Assembly (NCBI GenBank): GCA_965649825.1
Contig: OZ287701.1
Coordinates: 423,101 to 487,100, forward strand
Reading direction: 5' to 3'
Length of the DNA: 64,000 nucleotides
From: Penicillus capitatus
Lineage: Eukaryota > Plantae > Chlorophyta
Shown here: one piece after another, positions 38,109 to 50,800 of the stretch
How positions within the stretch are numbered: position 1 is the stretch's first letter
Layout: each line of letters opens with the position of its first letter
Program-made: the position numbers and the translations under genes
The notes under the pieces: generated by a model
Told to the model about the DNA's origin: nothing
Databases searched by the model: none
Seen by the model: only the letters and a program-made list of their open reading frames with translations

Positions 38109-41100
38109 ATGTTCCAACTCCACGTTCCGCAGTTGTGGGATCCTGTCAGCGTCGCGAGGACATTTCCCTCGCTCACATCTCGTCATCGCCGCCACGGGGA
38201 GACCTCGTCAGGCATCTTCTTCAGAGGACACTGCCGTGAGCGGGCTCCCCGAGCCAAAACGCACGTGCAGAGGGGCATGACAAGCAGGGACTATCCTTCG
38301 TTTCACTCGCGTGGATCCTCTTTCAGTCAGGCAGAACGGTCTCGCTCCCAGGCTCTCGGAAGCGACTGTGCAGAGGTGCTCACGTCTTCTCCCTGCTACA
38401 GCTTTCAGCCCTCTTCTCAGGGAGTCTCCGAGGAAATCTGCGAGGTTGAGGTCGAGGCACATGGCCTCGTGCAGATCTTTCGGACGGGAAAGAAGTTCGC
38501 AGGGAGGATTCTGGAGCGAGTGGGACCGTTCTCCCGGAATCTGACGGTCCCGCTCTACTGCAAGGGCTTCTGCGATCCGGGAGAGGCGACGAGAGACCTG
38601 GCCCGCCTGCCGCCGGGGGCCGCACGTCATCGCGTTCACGTTCTGTCCGATCCGGCTCGCGGCGCGGAGAGACTCGTCTTCGTGGGCGATCTTGGTCTCA
38701 GAGGCGGCGGAGACAGAGACCCTCCGTCCGACAGCGATTCGCCGGGACGCCGGGCTGCCTCCCGGTTTCGGCGGAGGAGGGACCATCGTCTGGTCGAGCC
38801 TTACATCGTTCGCTACTTTGTCGGGAGAAAGGACGAACTCAGCGAGATGATTGAAGCGTTCGAGTCGAGCGACGAGTCGCTTGTCGTCAAAGCAATCGTA
38901 GGCCCGGGCGGCATCGGGAAGACTCAGCTCGCGACACGGCTGTTCGACCTCTTCAGAGGAAAGCGCCACTACGACGACGAGTTCTGGATACCTTCAAGCT
39001 CAAGAGAGACCCTCACTGCCACGTTCCTGCAAATCGCAGAATACCTGCGAGTTCGCACCGACACCGAAACCCCGGAGATTATCAAACGTGTTCGAGAAGA
39101 GCTCGGACGATCTCACTGTTTCTACGTCTTCGACGACGCTCCAAATTTCGAACTGATTCGCGAGTATGTTCCGGCGACAAGCGGACATGTCATCGTCACA
39201 ACGAGGGATGCTGGAGGCGGAGACTGGGAGAGCAACATGCTTCGACTGGGACCGTTCGACGAAGACGAAGCTCGGATTCTGGCAGAGAGACTCGAATGTG
39301 GCAGGTCGATGCGACCGAACGATCTGGACGACCTACTGGACCTGTTGCCTCGGATCCCGCTGGTCCTCGCTCAATTCTTCTCCGTGATGCGGGACGAAGA
39401 AAGGTTGAGCCCCGCCGAATGGGTGCAGCGTCTGCTGCGGTACGAAGTCACGGGACGAGAGGCCAAAGCGATAGAAGAGCTCTCAACGACGCGAATCGGC
39501 GAAGAAGCGAGCGGAATGGTCTTCGTGTTCAACTGGAGCGTGCAAAGGATTTCGGAGGAACCCAACGACCTCGGCCTTTTTTCGCTCGACATTCTCGCCA
39601 AGCTAGCGCTACTTGATCCGAATGGTGTGCCCGTCGAGTGGATGTACAAGTGGCACGAAGCTGATGGTGGAGAGTTCGCGGAAAGAACGCAGAATTCCAT
39701 AAGGATCCTTGAGCGCTTCTCTCACGTCGAGTGGGACAGACGGAAGAATCAAATCTACATCCACGCCGAGACGCAACTTTTAGTGAGACACCTCCTCCTA
39801 AAAAGCGATGACAGTGCTTCCAGCCACATTCCAGAGTCCGAAGAACAACACAAGAACGAGATCGGAGACCACGTGAAGACCATAGTGGATTCAATCGGCC
39901 GATACATTGACGAGTGGAGAACGGACCGTTCGAACCGAGAACTGTGGTCCTCGCTCGCAAGAAACGGGTCGACACTCCTCAAACACTGCGAAAGCTCGGA
40001 GGACGCTAGCGTGGAAATAAAGTTACTCCAACACACAACACGATCGTACACAGAGATATGCATGTTTCAAGAATCGCTTACCTATGCTCAAAAAGCACTC
40101 GACATGTGCGAGCGCCTTCACGGCGACGCGGACCATCCGAACACCGTCCAGTGCATCAAGAGCTACGCCGTCGGACTCGGACGAACGGGGAGAGACAACG
40201 AGGCCGTGCCGCTCTTTAAGAGGGCCCTCGACATGTGCGAGCGTCTTCACGGCGACGCGGACCATCCGGACACCGTCGAGTGCATCAAGAGCTACGCCGT
40301 CGGACTCGACCGAACGGGGAGAATCGACGAGGCCGTGCTGCTCGACAAGAGGGCCCTCGACATGTGCGAGCGCCTTCACGGCGACGCGGACCATCCGGAC
40401 ACCGTCCAGTGCATTAAGAGCTACGCCGTCGGACTCGGACGAACGGGGAGAGACAACGAGGCCGTGCCGCTCTTTAAGAGGGCCCTCGACATGTGCGAGC
40501 GTCTTCACGGCGACGCGGACCATCCGGACACCGTCCAGTGCATCAAGAGCTATTCCGCCGGACTCGGACGAACGGGGAGAATCAACGAAGCCGTGCCGCT
40601 CTACAAGAGGGCCCTCGACATGTGCGAGCGTCTTCACGGCGACGCGGACCATCCGGACACCGTCCAGTGCATTAAGAGCTACGCCGTCGGACTCGGACGA
40701 ACGGGGAGAGACAACGAGGCCGTGCCGCTCTTTAAGAGGGCCCTCGACATGTGCGAGCGTCTTCACGGCGACGCGGACCATCCGGACACCGTCCAGTGCA
40801 TCAAGAGCTATTCCGCCGGACTCGGACGAACGGGGAGAATCAACGAAGCCGTGCCGCTCTACAAGAGGGCCCTCGACATGTGCGAGCGTCTTCACGGCGA
40901 CGCGGACCATCCGGACACCGTCCAGTGCATTAAGAGCTACGCCGTCGGACTCGGACGAACGGGGAGAGACAACGAGGCCGTGCCGCTCTTTAAGAGGGCC
41001 CTCGACATGTGCGAGCGTCTTCACGGCGACGCGGACCATCCGGACACCGTCCAGTGCATCAAGAGCTATTCCGCCGGACTCGGACGAACGGGGAGAATCA

Positions 41101-42194
41101 ACGAAGCCGTGCCGCTCTACAAGAGGGCCCTCGACATGTGCGAGCGTCTTCACGGCGACGCGGACCATCCGGACACCGTCCAGTGCATCAAGAGCTACGC
41201 CGTCGGACTCGGACGAACGGGGAGAGACAACGAGGCCGTGCCGCTCTTTAAGAGGGCCCTCGACATGTGCGAGCGTCTTCACGGCGACGCGGACCATCCG
41301 GACACCGTCCAGTGCATCAAGAGCTATTCCGCCGGACTCGGACGAACGGGGAGAATCAACGAAGCCGTGCCGCTCTTTAAGAGGGCCCTCGACATGTGCG
41401 AGCGTCTTCACGGCGACGCGGACCATCCGGACACCGTCCAGTGCATCAAGAGCTATTCCGCCGGACTCGGACGAACGGGGAGAATCAACGAAGCCGTGCC
41501 GCTCTACAAGAGGGCCCTCGACATGTGCGAGCGTCTTCACGGCGACGCGGACCATCCGGACACCGTCCAGTGCATTAAGAGCTACGCCGTCGGACTCGGA
41601 CGAACGGGGAGAGACAACGAGGCCGTGCCGCTCTTTAAGAGGGCCCTCGACATGTGCGAGCGTCTTCACGGCGACGCGGACCATCCGGACACCGTCGAGT
41701 GCATCAAGAGCTACGCCGTCGGACTCGGACGAACGGGGAGAGACAACGAGGCCGTGCCGCTCTTTAAGAGGGCCCTCGACATGTGCGAGCGTCTTCACGG
41801 CGACGCGGACCATCCGGACACCGTCGAGTGCATCAAGAGCTACGCCGTCGGACTCGGACGAACGGGGAGAGACAACGAGGCCGTGCCGCTCTTTAAGAGG
41901 GCCCTCGACATGTGCGAGCGTCTTCACGGCGACGCGGACCATCCGGACACCGTCGAGTGCATCAAGAGCTACGCCGTCGGACTCGGACGAACGGGGAGAA
42001 TCAACGAGGCCGTGCCGCTCTGCAAGAGGGCCCTCGACATGTGCGAGCGCCTTCACGGCGACGCGGACCATCCGGACACCGTCGAGTGCATGAGCACTTA
42101 TGCTGCTTGTTTGTCAAGAATCGGAAGGGACAATGAAGCTTTGTTGTGCACGGAGAGATTGAACAAAATGCGTAAACGTTTCGGTGACATATAA
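38109..42194 (+). CDS. NB-ARC (STAND) NTPase with 16 TPR repeats, NLR-like
   Basis: FVGRKDEL, P-loop GPGGIGKTQLA, Walker B FYVFDDA, HVIVTTRD, GLPL-like RIPLVL, then kinesin-light-chain-type TPRs; 1361-aa uninterrupted ORF. Confidence 0.92.
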   Translation: MFQLHVPQLWDPVSVARTFPSLTSRHRRHGETSSGIFFRGHCRERAPRAKTHVQRGMTSRDYPSFHSRGSSFSQAERSRSQALGSDCAEVLTSSPCYSFQPSSQGVSEEICEVEVEAHGLVQIFRTGKKFAGRILERVGPFSRNLTVPLYCKGFCDPGEATRDLARLPPGAARHRVHVLSDPARGAERLVFVGDLGLRGGGDRDPPSDSDSPGRRAASRFRRRRDHRLVEPYIVRYFVGRKDELSEMIEAFESSDESLVVKAIVGPGGIGKTQLATRLFDLFRGKRHYDDEFWIPSSSRETLTATFLQIAEYLRVRTDTETPEIIKRVREELGRSHCFYVFDDAPNFELIREYVPATSGHVIVTTRDAGGGDWESNMLRLGPFDEDEARILAERLECGRSMRPNDLDDLLDLLPRIPLVLAQFFSVMRDEERLSPAEWVQRLLRYEVTGREAKAIEELSTTRIGEEASGMVFVFNWSVQRISEEPNDLGLFSLDILAKLALLDPNGVPVEWMYKWHEADGGEFAERTQNSIRILERFSHVEWDRRKNQIYIHAETQLLVRHLLLKSDDSASSHIPESEEQHKNEIGDHVKTIVDSIGRYIDEWRTDRSNRELWSSLARNGSTLLKHCESSEDASVEIKLLQHTTRSYTEICMFQESLTYAQKALDMCERLHGDADHPNTVQCIKSYAVGLGRTGRDNEAVPLFKRALDMCERLHGDADHPDTVECIKSYAVGLDRTGRIDEAVLLDKRALDMCERLHGDADHPDTVQCIKSYAVGLGRTGRDNEAVPLFKRALDMCERLHGDADHPDTVQCIKSYSAGLGRTGRINEAVPLYKRALDMCERLHGDADHPDTVQCIKSYAVGLGRTGRDNEAVPLFKRALDMCERLHGDADHPDTVQCIKSYSAGLGRTGRINEAVPLYKRALDMCERLHGDADHPDTVQCIKSYAVGLGRTGRDNEAVPLFKRALDMCERLHGDADHPDTVQCIKSYSAGLGRTGRINEAVPLYKRALDMCERLHGDADHPDTVQCIKSYAVGLGRTGRDNEAVPLFKRALDMCERLHGDADHPDTVQCIKSYSAGLGRTGRINEAVPLFKRALDMCERLHGDADHPDTVQCIKSYSAGLGRTGRINEAVPLYKRALDMCERLHGDADHPDTVQCIKSYAVGLGRTGRDNEAVPLFKRALDMCERLHGDADHPDTVECIKSYAVGLGRTGRDNEAVPLFKRALDMCERLHGDADHPDTVECIKSYAVGLGRTGRDNEAVPLFKRALDMCERLHGDADHPDTVECIKSYAVGLGRTGRINEAVPLCKRALDMCERLHGDADHPDTVECMSTYAACLSRIGRDNEALLCTERLNKMRKRFGDI
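40089..42152 (+). repeat. Coding tandem array, 16 x 129 bp (43-aa TPR units)
   Basis: gacatgtgcgag recurs at 40101, 40230, 40359 ... 42036 with exact 129-bp spacing. Confidence 0.98.
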
Positions 42195-44405
42195 AGTGTT
42201 GGATGTTGCCTAGCCTACTTTACCCTGTTCTTTTTGAATTGCATTCTAAGGCGTTTAAAACCTTTCGTACGCACTGTGAGATCCTGATATGTCTGACTAT
42301 TTGAGTTAACAATCTGTTCTGTTGTTGCGAACATTTGCTGTTCGTATTAACTTAGTTGTCTATTCTCGGCATTGCCAGTTTGGTCCTTGCTATCATCTTT
42401 GGTTTATTTCCATCTTATCCGAGACTTCCTCTCTGTGTGCCAGATGTGTTGTTCCAAAGACGAGCAAGACTCTTTCGCTCCTCATTCGATTGGAGCCCTT
42501 GCCATCGCACAACTCATGGAAAAGTTCTCGCTACGTCTGAGGACATCTGGGATACAGTAGAGAGCGAAGAGACTGACAAGGTATCTTCACAGCTGTCACA
42601 ACGATCTGGATCAATCTTGAAAGTGTTCGGTCATACAACCTGATGTCGGCTTATATATCTTCCCGCGGCGAACGAACTAACGCAGGACACACAGGCTTGC
42701 AGGTAAGCGTTCGTCAAAGAAAATGTGACGAACATAAGCTGCGTTTAGCGTCAAACAATCTAAACCTTCACTTCGACCGTATAACTCGATGCTTCGTGTT
42801 GCTAGGACTTGAATACTTTAACAAAAAGTATCTCTTACCCCAGGAAAGTCTTATTATCTCAGTGACGGTTATTACGGCGAGCTCGGCCTGTCGTTGAAGC
42901 CCCACCGTAGGATCAGAGGCGCGTTAGATCATCAGCTCTGTTGATCTCCAACGGCTTAACTGCGGTTCTCTCTTAAGAAGCAATTCTTTTTTTTTTCTTT
43001 TGCGAAAGCGGCAGGTATATTGGAGTGTCGTTTCGTTCCAAGAGATAGAGGCAACATTCGTAAATGAAAAATTTCACTGCTCTCATTGAGGAAAGCGGAA
43101 TCGATGTGTACAAACAGACCTGTTTAAATGTCTCACATAGTAGAAAATGTTCTGTCGGCGCTCTAAACACGAATACCTTGCCCTCGATTATTCTTCTCGC
43201 CGATTGCGAAGCTCGGATGCGTCTAGAACAAAGCAGGTACTAACGAGCTAAAGATCGATCGAATAGGTATAAGTTAGCAGCGATCGATAAGATCGTTTCG
43301 GAAAAGCGTTTGATAGATCTGTTTTTAAGACCAATGACGATCGATTCGAAATTTCAAAGCAAACCAAAGCAGTATCGACCTGTTGGTGTGGAAGAACACG
43401 CTAGTTACCTACTTATCAAGTACGCTGTTCGCTTATCGAAATCGCCATTTGTCGACAAAGAGTAGTCGATGAAACTAAAGAGCGTCGTGGATCGTGCATC
43501 CTGTCCATGTCAAAATACATTCTCGTGCTGTTCCTCTACTTCGTTCGGAAGAAGTCAGGCGGTATCCGTGGTAAGTGATGGAGGAGAGAGCTCACTCTTT
43601 TCTTTTATCTTGAACGATATGCAATCGAAAACTGTAGCTCTGACTCTCAAGTGCACGTAACGCATTTCGTCGAACATCATAATAACGACATCCTAAAAAT
43701 TAATTGATAACTGTACGATTTCATCGCATCCATCACTCTGTTAAGAGGTATGACCAACGATCTGCAATTGGTGAACCGATCTTCGGTGTTCTCTCTAATC
43801 GATCGATCACAGGCTGCCGTGGCAGTATTCGCGAAACGGGAAAATACGACAGGTAGGAATAGATCGTTCGATTCCTGACAAGTTGACTGGCGAATACGTC
43901 GTGTCGATGGTTTCTGTATCGTATCGAGTTTTGTCGACGATTTGCGTTAAATACATGCAGCATCCGAACGCCGATCGATGTCGTCTTTTGTTCGACGCGA
44001 AAAGCAACCAGTATTCGATGTTCTCACACGATAGTGATCTAAGACAAAGAAGAAGAGAAAGGTAGTGAGAACACTATCCGATCAGCATTTCTTTGATAAT
44101 CGACCGCGTCACTTTCGCATCCATTCCATCGTTTCTCTGACGAAACTGCTAAGATCTTCAGGACCCCATCCATTCTTCACCCGAGACTTAATTCGGTTAT
44201 GACAAGACAAGGCCAACGCAATGTGAGTGTGATACGAATGAAACAGGAGCTCAGTGTCACACATACTGCACATGCATATCTAACTCAGACGTGTCACTTA
44301 ACTAGACTGATCACTTAACACATTTGCCACAAAGTCATAGATATGGGAAACACAAGGGAAACACCGCCCCGTTCGTTCGTTCCAAGTTTTCAGAGTGTGA
44401 TGTCG

Positions 44406-46038
44406 TCACATGTCGAGCAACGCGTGAAACTCGTCTTCGGAAAAATCGCTGAAAAGCAGCTTCATTCCTGGGGCGCATTCGCGCACGACGCTCGAGGTCT
44501 TGATCCTGCGTCGCTGTTTTTTGGTTATTTGCATAAGAAACACGATCCCATCTCCTTTACCAGGCCCAAGTGCTGCTGCACCATACCCACATCCAAGAAA
44601 GGGCGCGGGTCCAACAATGTACACCATCTTTGGCGAGCCGCCGCCGAAGTCAACTTCTGCTGTGGGCATCTTCACCATGTTCGTCACGCCTCCTCTCAAC
44701 GCGGTAAAGTCCATCACAGACTCTCCAGTCGAAGCAATTAGATAATGAGCCAAAGCTGACTTTGCCTGAATTTGTGGTTGCGTCCTGAAATCTGTCACAC
44801 CTTTGCGGATTATTAGAGACAGTTCCGCAAGGGTCTCTCCGATAGATTTTCCTTCGAGATCGCGGCCTTCCAAAGACGGTATTTGATACCCGTAGCCATT
44901 TCCGCAGTAGTTTTCCGGAAAGAACTCAGCGCCGTTCTTCAGATACTCAACCATCGTGAACGTCACGGTGCTCGAGATTCCGAGATCTGAGCCTTCGACA
45001 ACAGACTGAGTCCGCTCTTTGTAGATTTCGGTTGAAAGCATCCAATTGAAGGCGACGAGGACATCGTTGGATGAGACGAACTGGCCTTCCTCCAAGAACG
45101 GCCTCACCATTGCTTTCATGTCTGCCAACGTTTCCTGCAAGACATGCACTTATTAGACGATATGATGCTACAGACGATAGACAACCTTAGTGAAGTACAG
45201 AGCTTCTAGAAAAAACGAATCATCCGGAAACTGAACGAAGGATGGAAGTACCGCTTCTGGCAGCACCTTTTGTGGAAGTTGTGCGATGTCATCTCCTAAG
45301 AAGGTGAAGTGCTTGGCCAACTGATCTGGCCACATGTAAGAACGGTCATGGCATCTGTCAGTAATCTCCTCGCCGCGGTACGCCCTTCCAAGGTCACGGT
45401 ACAATTCAATGAGTCGTCGGCCGTCCATCAGCATATGAGAAACGAAGAGGGTCACCGCACAGCCGTCTTTGAAATGCGTCAATCGTGCTGTGGCCGGAGC
45501 CTTTTCTCCACTAGAGGACACAGTTAGCTTTTCATCAACGTGGCAGAAGACAATGTACCTCAGTATGGCGCTGCTGTCTACAGCTTCCATGAAGAAAGGC
45601 ATCTCTGGGCACACAGGGAAATTGGCATGAGGGGCTGTTATCTTGCCATAGGTCAGAATGGCGGATGCGATGGTCATGTCCGCTTGCATCTCGAAGAAAG
45701 GGAAGCCGAACGCCTGAGCGTTTTCGGAATTGACCTGCATGGAATATCACTGTTATTGGGTGTCTTCGAAAGGCGACCGCGTTTCCGCACTTCAATGCGG
45801 TAACGTGTATTGGCGTCTGGCACCACTCTGCCACAGAGGATTGGATATTTGACGGACAGCTTTTCTAGAGCCTCCTTTAAGTGTTCAGATCCACATCGTA
45901 ATCGAAGAAAAATGGCCACGAAATAAAGACGAAACTGTTGAGAGAGTAGACGTCAATTGGCGCCAGACGAAACGTTCCGTCTTGGACGCCTTGCGGATGA
46001 ATCCATTCTTCTTTTAAAAGTTCGAAAGGCTCCGGCAT
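44406..46038 (-). pseudogene. BAHD acyltransferase copy B, frameshifted in exon 1
   Basis: gtg gac gct gaa (copy A) is gtg gat ctg aac act taa here: 1-nt loss near 45889 and early stop. Downstream HMLMDG and DFGGG still readable. An assembly error cannot be excluded. Confidence 0.8.
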
Positions 46039-47874
46039 TACGAAAGACACGAAAACCGAACGGTTCGGTTGCTTTTTTAGACGAGACGTGGAGATTTGAT
46101 GTCGTACGTCTGAGAGTCGTTAAGAAAACGTACGCTATTGATTATGATGCCAACCAAATTCCAGACAGGACGTACTCTACTCTGGCATGGAAGTGGATGG
46201 CGTCCAAGACAGAATTACGAGTTCTGTGCACTGAGGCGTAATAAACTAAAGAAGTTCACCTCTGTTGCCATGCCATCGAACGTATCTTCTTTTTTTGTCT
46301 GTCCGATGTTTCTTCTGATCCCTCATACTAGGTGTCGTGCGCGCGGCGCGGTGCGCTGGACGCCGTCGGCGCGCATGCGGATGCGAGGCGGCGGGAAACG
46401 ACGAACAAACGCGGATTAATGTTAATGTTCTTTCTGATGTCCATTTCGTAGTGTCTTCACTACCATGCCGACATTTTCAATCCATCACTGGGAATCCACA
46501 CCTTGGAGTCCATCGGTCAGCCTATGGATACCTAAACTCAGAATCCTGGTCCGTTCATCGCTTAAGGTCTTAAACCGGTAGAAGAGACGATCTTGGACGA
46601 AAACTGAAAACAGGAATTACGAAATATTAGCGAGGCAGCTAGGTCCTGCGAGCGCGTGGAAGACCAAGGAATCCGCCAATACAAAAGCTTCAAAGTTCTC
46701 ACCTCAGTGCAGCAGACAATGCTATCCCTTAGATTTCCAATTCCCACGATAGAAACACTACTGGACGCAACGGTATCCTTGATTTTTAAACCTAAATGAT
46801 GAGAAAAGTGGTATCATAGACATTAAACTCGACTCTCTCCACCTTCGTGATGTGACACTTAGTTATGCCTCTGGAAATCGTTGCAGGCGAATGGACGAAG
46901 CGTTTCGGTTTACGGGATCGCGAGTACAGAAAGCCGATTGACCGAGCACTTCTTCAGTCATTCTTCCATTTAACGTGTTTGTCTATAGGGAATGCTAATG
47001 GCACTGTCACATCGGCCGAATAAAAAAGATCGATCGGACGGATTATTCTTCGTAAGACGAAATTACACGTCTCATCGTATACGGGTTTCGGAGCGAGCTT
47101 CCACGATGTGCACGTCTGTTTTATGGATCGTTAAAGAAAAGGGTGGTTTTTTGAACGCCTGTGTGTTTCTATCTTCGGAAAGCAGCCTTCCTATGCCAAG
47201 ACAGTTTGGATGTACTTCACGGGCATTTTCTAAACCGTCTCGTCATATGCATACGCGCTGCTTTGTGATGAACGCGACGTTACGCAGACTACAGAATCTC
47301 CCGAAGTCGCGGGAAGTCCTCTTGCGTCTGTGTTATATTGTAGGCGCTACAGCCGCCGCTTACCGCTCAGTTCGCCGTTTTTTTGATGGAGAATCTTACA
47401 AACAACTTGGGTGATAAAGAAAAATAAAACTTCGAGGCCAACAAGTCCGTCGATGAAGACGCGGCGCCAATAAAGCGCCACGACGGCACCCTCCTTAAAA
47501 AATTACTATACGAATGCATCTGTGGCTGATCTTCTTCGAGCTTCAATGGAAGCTTATTATGATTCTACCGAGACAAATACGCTGAAAGTGAACTTGGTGC
47601 TCGAGAACCCTGCCGAAAAAACCAGATACTGATCAATATCCAAAGATGTGAAGAATGTACAACTGACCCACGTCGTGAAACAGCTCCGACGAAGAGCGTT
47701 CGTCACGTCTGTACATAACGTCGAGCTTCGTCTGACGTTCATGTCATGAATGCGTCCGTTTGGAGTGTGGCACGATACGAATCAGACACTTCGCGTCATT
47801 CCGAAGGCATGCTGGTTCTATTCTCTTTCGACGCGCTTGTATTGGAAACGCGCAAGCGGCGCAGGTGTTGAGGG

Positions 47875-50800
47875 ATCTTGATGGATGGAGCATTGCGCAG
47901 CTGTCATGTCGTTCGTGGCACTTTGGGAACTTCATTCTGTCTGCATGTCTGGAAGTCTATTCGTCGATGATCTCATGTGCTGTCTGTCACTGCACAGTTT
48001 CTGATGCTGGCGTTGACAAACGAATGGCGTTGCAGTCCCGTTGACACGCTGAACTGGGTGAAACGGCGCTGGGATAACGCAATAAAACCTCCGGTACCTC
48101 AACAAACCTTCTGATACGATAACAACAACCGTTTCTTTTGTTGCATGACATAGAGAACTCGGCAGAAGATCAGAGCACCACTGAACATGAATACGAAGAT
48201 TTTTGTTGAATTTGAAAGACAAGGAGCAACATGCAAACACAACGATAAACAGCAACACACTGGATGCGCATACACTGCGCATGATGCAAGAAAGGGAAAA
48301 AACCGTTGAGCAGATTCTTCCAGGTCGCTGACATTAAGTTCAAGATTTTGGCACAACTGTTAAGAAACATACAAGAGACGATCAGAATTCCTCTGTCGGT
48401 GTTGCTGATGCAGAGCAGACGTCTTGAGAAGACTTATGCGTTTGACGCGTCATTGAGAGAAACGAGTTCAGAGCGCAGCTTCCAGAATCCAGTGGTGTCC
48501 CTATCCGCCCGGCCCGATTGCCAGATGACCCAGAGCTTGTGAACCAGCCAGGTGTCTTCATCTTCCTCCAGATCGTGGATTCCCTGAAACCATATTCTCA
48601 AATGCTTTGCATGCACGTCCAGTATTCTGTGGACGCCTAACCACAGGCGACAAAGCAAGAATCCCATGAAAATGAAATTCAGGGCGGCGCAGATGGTGGA
48701 AAGCGCGTTGATGGAGAGCATGGATGCTTCTTCGTCGGTGATGGATGTCGCAATGGCATAGACGAAGAGAGCCATCAGCAGCGATGTTGCCTCCATCGAG
48801 TTGTAACCGATTCTGTTGTTGAACCATATCCACGACGACGCCAGTTGATCAGCACCCAGCCATCTGAGAGTGCTGCCCATGCAGGAAGGCAGCGTCTTGT
48901 GAATGTCTTCGCTATCAATCGGCTGAACGAAGACATGCATTAAGTAAGATATAAAAATCACAATGAACACCAAACCCAGTCTAATGTTCGTCGTCACATT
49001 GATCGGCGAGAAAACAATGATGACGAACGACAGCGTTATCGTTCTCATTGCCACGAAAATGTTCCAATACAGAGCCAGTCCTGTGGAACGGAGTCCGGAG
49101 TACAGGAATCCGTACTTGTGCACGAAATCGACATCCTCCAACAGGTCTTGCTGTTTACCACGGTATATGATGGATGCCGAGTAGCCGAGAACAACGAGGC
49201 AACAAAACAACAAAGTCAGGGAAAGCACAGATACCCACAAATGAGGCCCCTCCATGTATTTGATGGACGAGTCTTCTGACCAGATGAAACTGTCGTTCAG
49301 GAGATCGTAGCGATTGAACTCGTGATCGGAGGGCTTCTCTGGCAGCTTGGCAAAGCTGACAACGCGGAACAGTTCACCAGCGATGTCGATAACGTAAGTG
49401 AAAAACCCAAAAAAGAAAATGAACTGGACGTGCGGAGTCACCCCGTCTTCAGTTGATCGATCTCCTCGTCGTCTGAGACTGAGCCTCCACAATGCAAACA
49501 CGAGGACATAGAAAAGAAGTATGACGGAAGGGAAGAGAGTTCGAATCAACAGAATCATCAGTGTCAAGTCTCTCTCGTGTTCGTGACGGTATTCATTAGA
49601 GAAGTTGCACTCGAATGGGTGCAAGCGGATGATGTTGCTCATCCTCGCCGCTGCGCCTACGATTCATCGTCGAAGTGGTGAACCTGGGCCAAAGAAAGGG
49701 AAATCCGATTACCTTGAACGCCGAGCATCGCTTTCATGCCTGTCTTCCACTTGACGCCAAGAGAAAAGGCCAAACTGCACAGTTGCATGTAGTCGAACAG
49801 TATCTACGAGAACAAAATGACATCAGCAATGCCCATCGACGGTAGATTTTCTTACTCCATAGATCGTCAAGACAGAGCCCACTGCTCCGCTGAAGTCGGG
49901 ACAGTTAGAACCATCCGTGCACTCGCGGCATCTGTGCTGATCTGTCGCTGGGTCGGATCGCGACAAGCGTCTGATTCCTATAGCTTGCTGTTTGGAGGTA
50001 GAAGGCCCGGTTGCCTTCTCGTCAATCGATCTGATGTCGTTGACTGAATCTGGATGCTCTGCACGGTACTGGATGAGTGCCTCCGACGAACTGTCTTCAG
50101 CTTCCGATGAGCTTCTCGAAGACAAGGATGACTTATCCAATCCGAGGGCAATCCTCAGTCTCTGCGAAGCTTGGATGGCAAGATCTGTGTGCATGCTTCT
50201 CCAGGCCAACCACAACTTGAAAGAAAAAGCAAAAAAGAACAAAACTGCGGAAGCTAGGGTCATAAGAACAGATACCAAACGGTTGTCGCGGCAGGGCTCG
50301 CAATGGCCGCTTACTGATCGTCCGTGTTCTTCGGCGCACGAGGCGCACAGTGTCCCGTTGTATGCACCTGAACACTGGGGATAGTCTTCTGTAAAGTCTT
50401 CCGGCTTTCTGTGGCTTTGGTTCCACGTTCTCAGTTCTTCTGACACATACGACGTGTCTTCATAGTAATCGACCAGATCCCTTGTTCTGTTCTCTCTTTT
50501 GCATGCTCCGTTGATGGGACACTTGATCATTCGAGGCGAGAAGGGCGTCGAGTGCCAGTACTCTTCCTCTGGCACCAATGCCATGGTTCCAACGCATATC
50601 CCATGTTCCTCACACTCTCGGCAGTCGTCTATCGTCGAGAAACTGTAGTACGAGTAGTTGCATCTGGAGCAGGTGGCTTTGTCTTCATCCATGAGCTCTC
50701 CGTGTCGACAGGGTTTCGTTTTGAAGACCACAGTCGTCGACAGATTCCTTCCGTCCTTCGAACGAATCCATACCGAATCATTAATGTTTGCTCCGACCAC

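Noticed and set aside
40023-42093. Long overlapping ORFs (682 aa minus, 669 aa plus) over the TPR array
   Set aside because: A stop-free repeat unit keeps alternative frames open automatically; they begin and end with the array.
40089-42152. CRISPR-like or non-coding satellite array
   Set aside because: Units are contiguous 129-bp in-frame TPR repeats with no unique spacers, in a eukaryotic gene.
42540-42897. Degenerate MATH-like exons on the plus strand (GLEYFNKKYLLPQESLIISVTV)
   Set aside because: Only a short C-terminal-strand resemblance, with stops upstream; too weak to call.
47557-47750. Short ORF-like remnant between BAHD-B and surface protein B
   Set aside because: Both strands give short or interrupted frames with no recognisable family.
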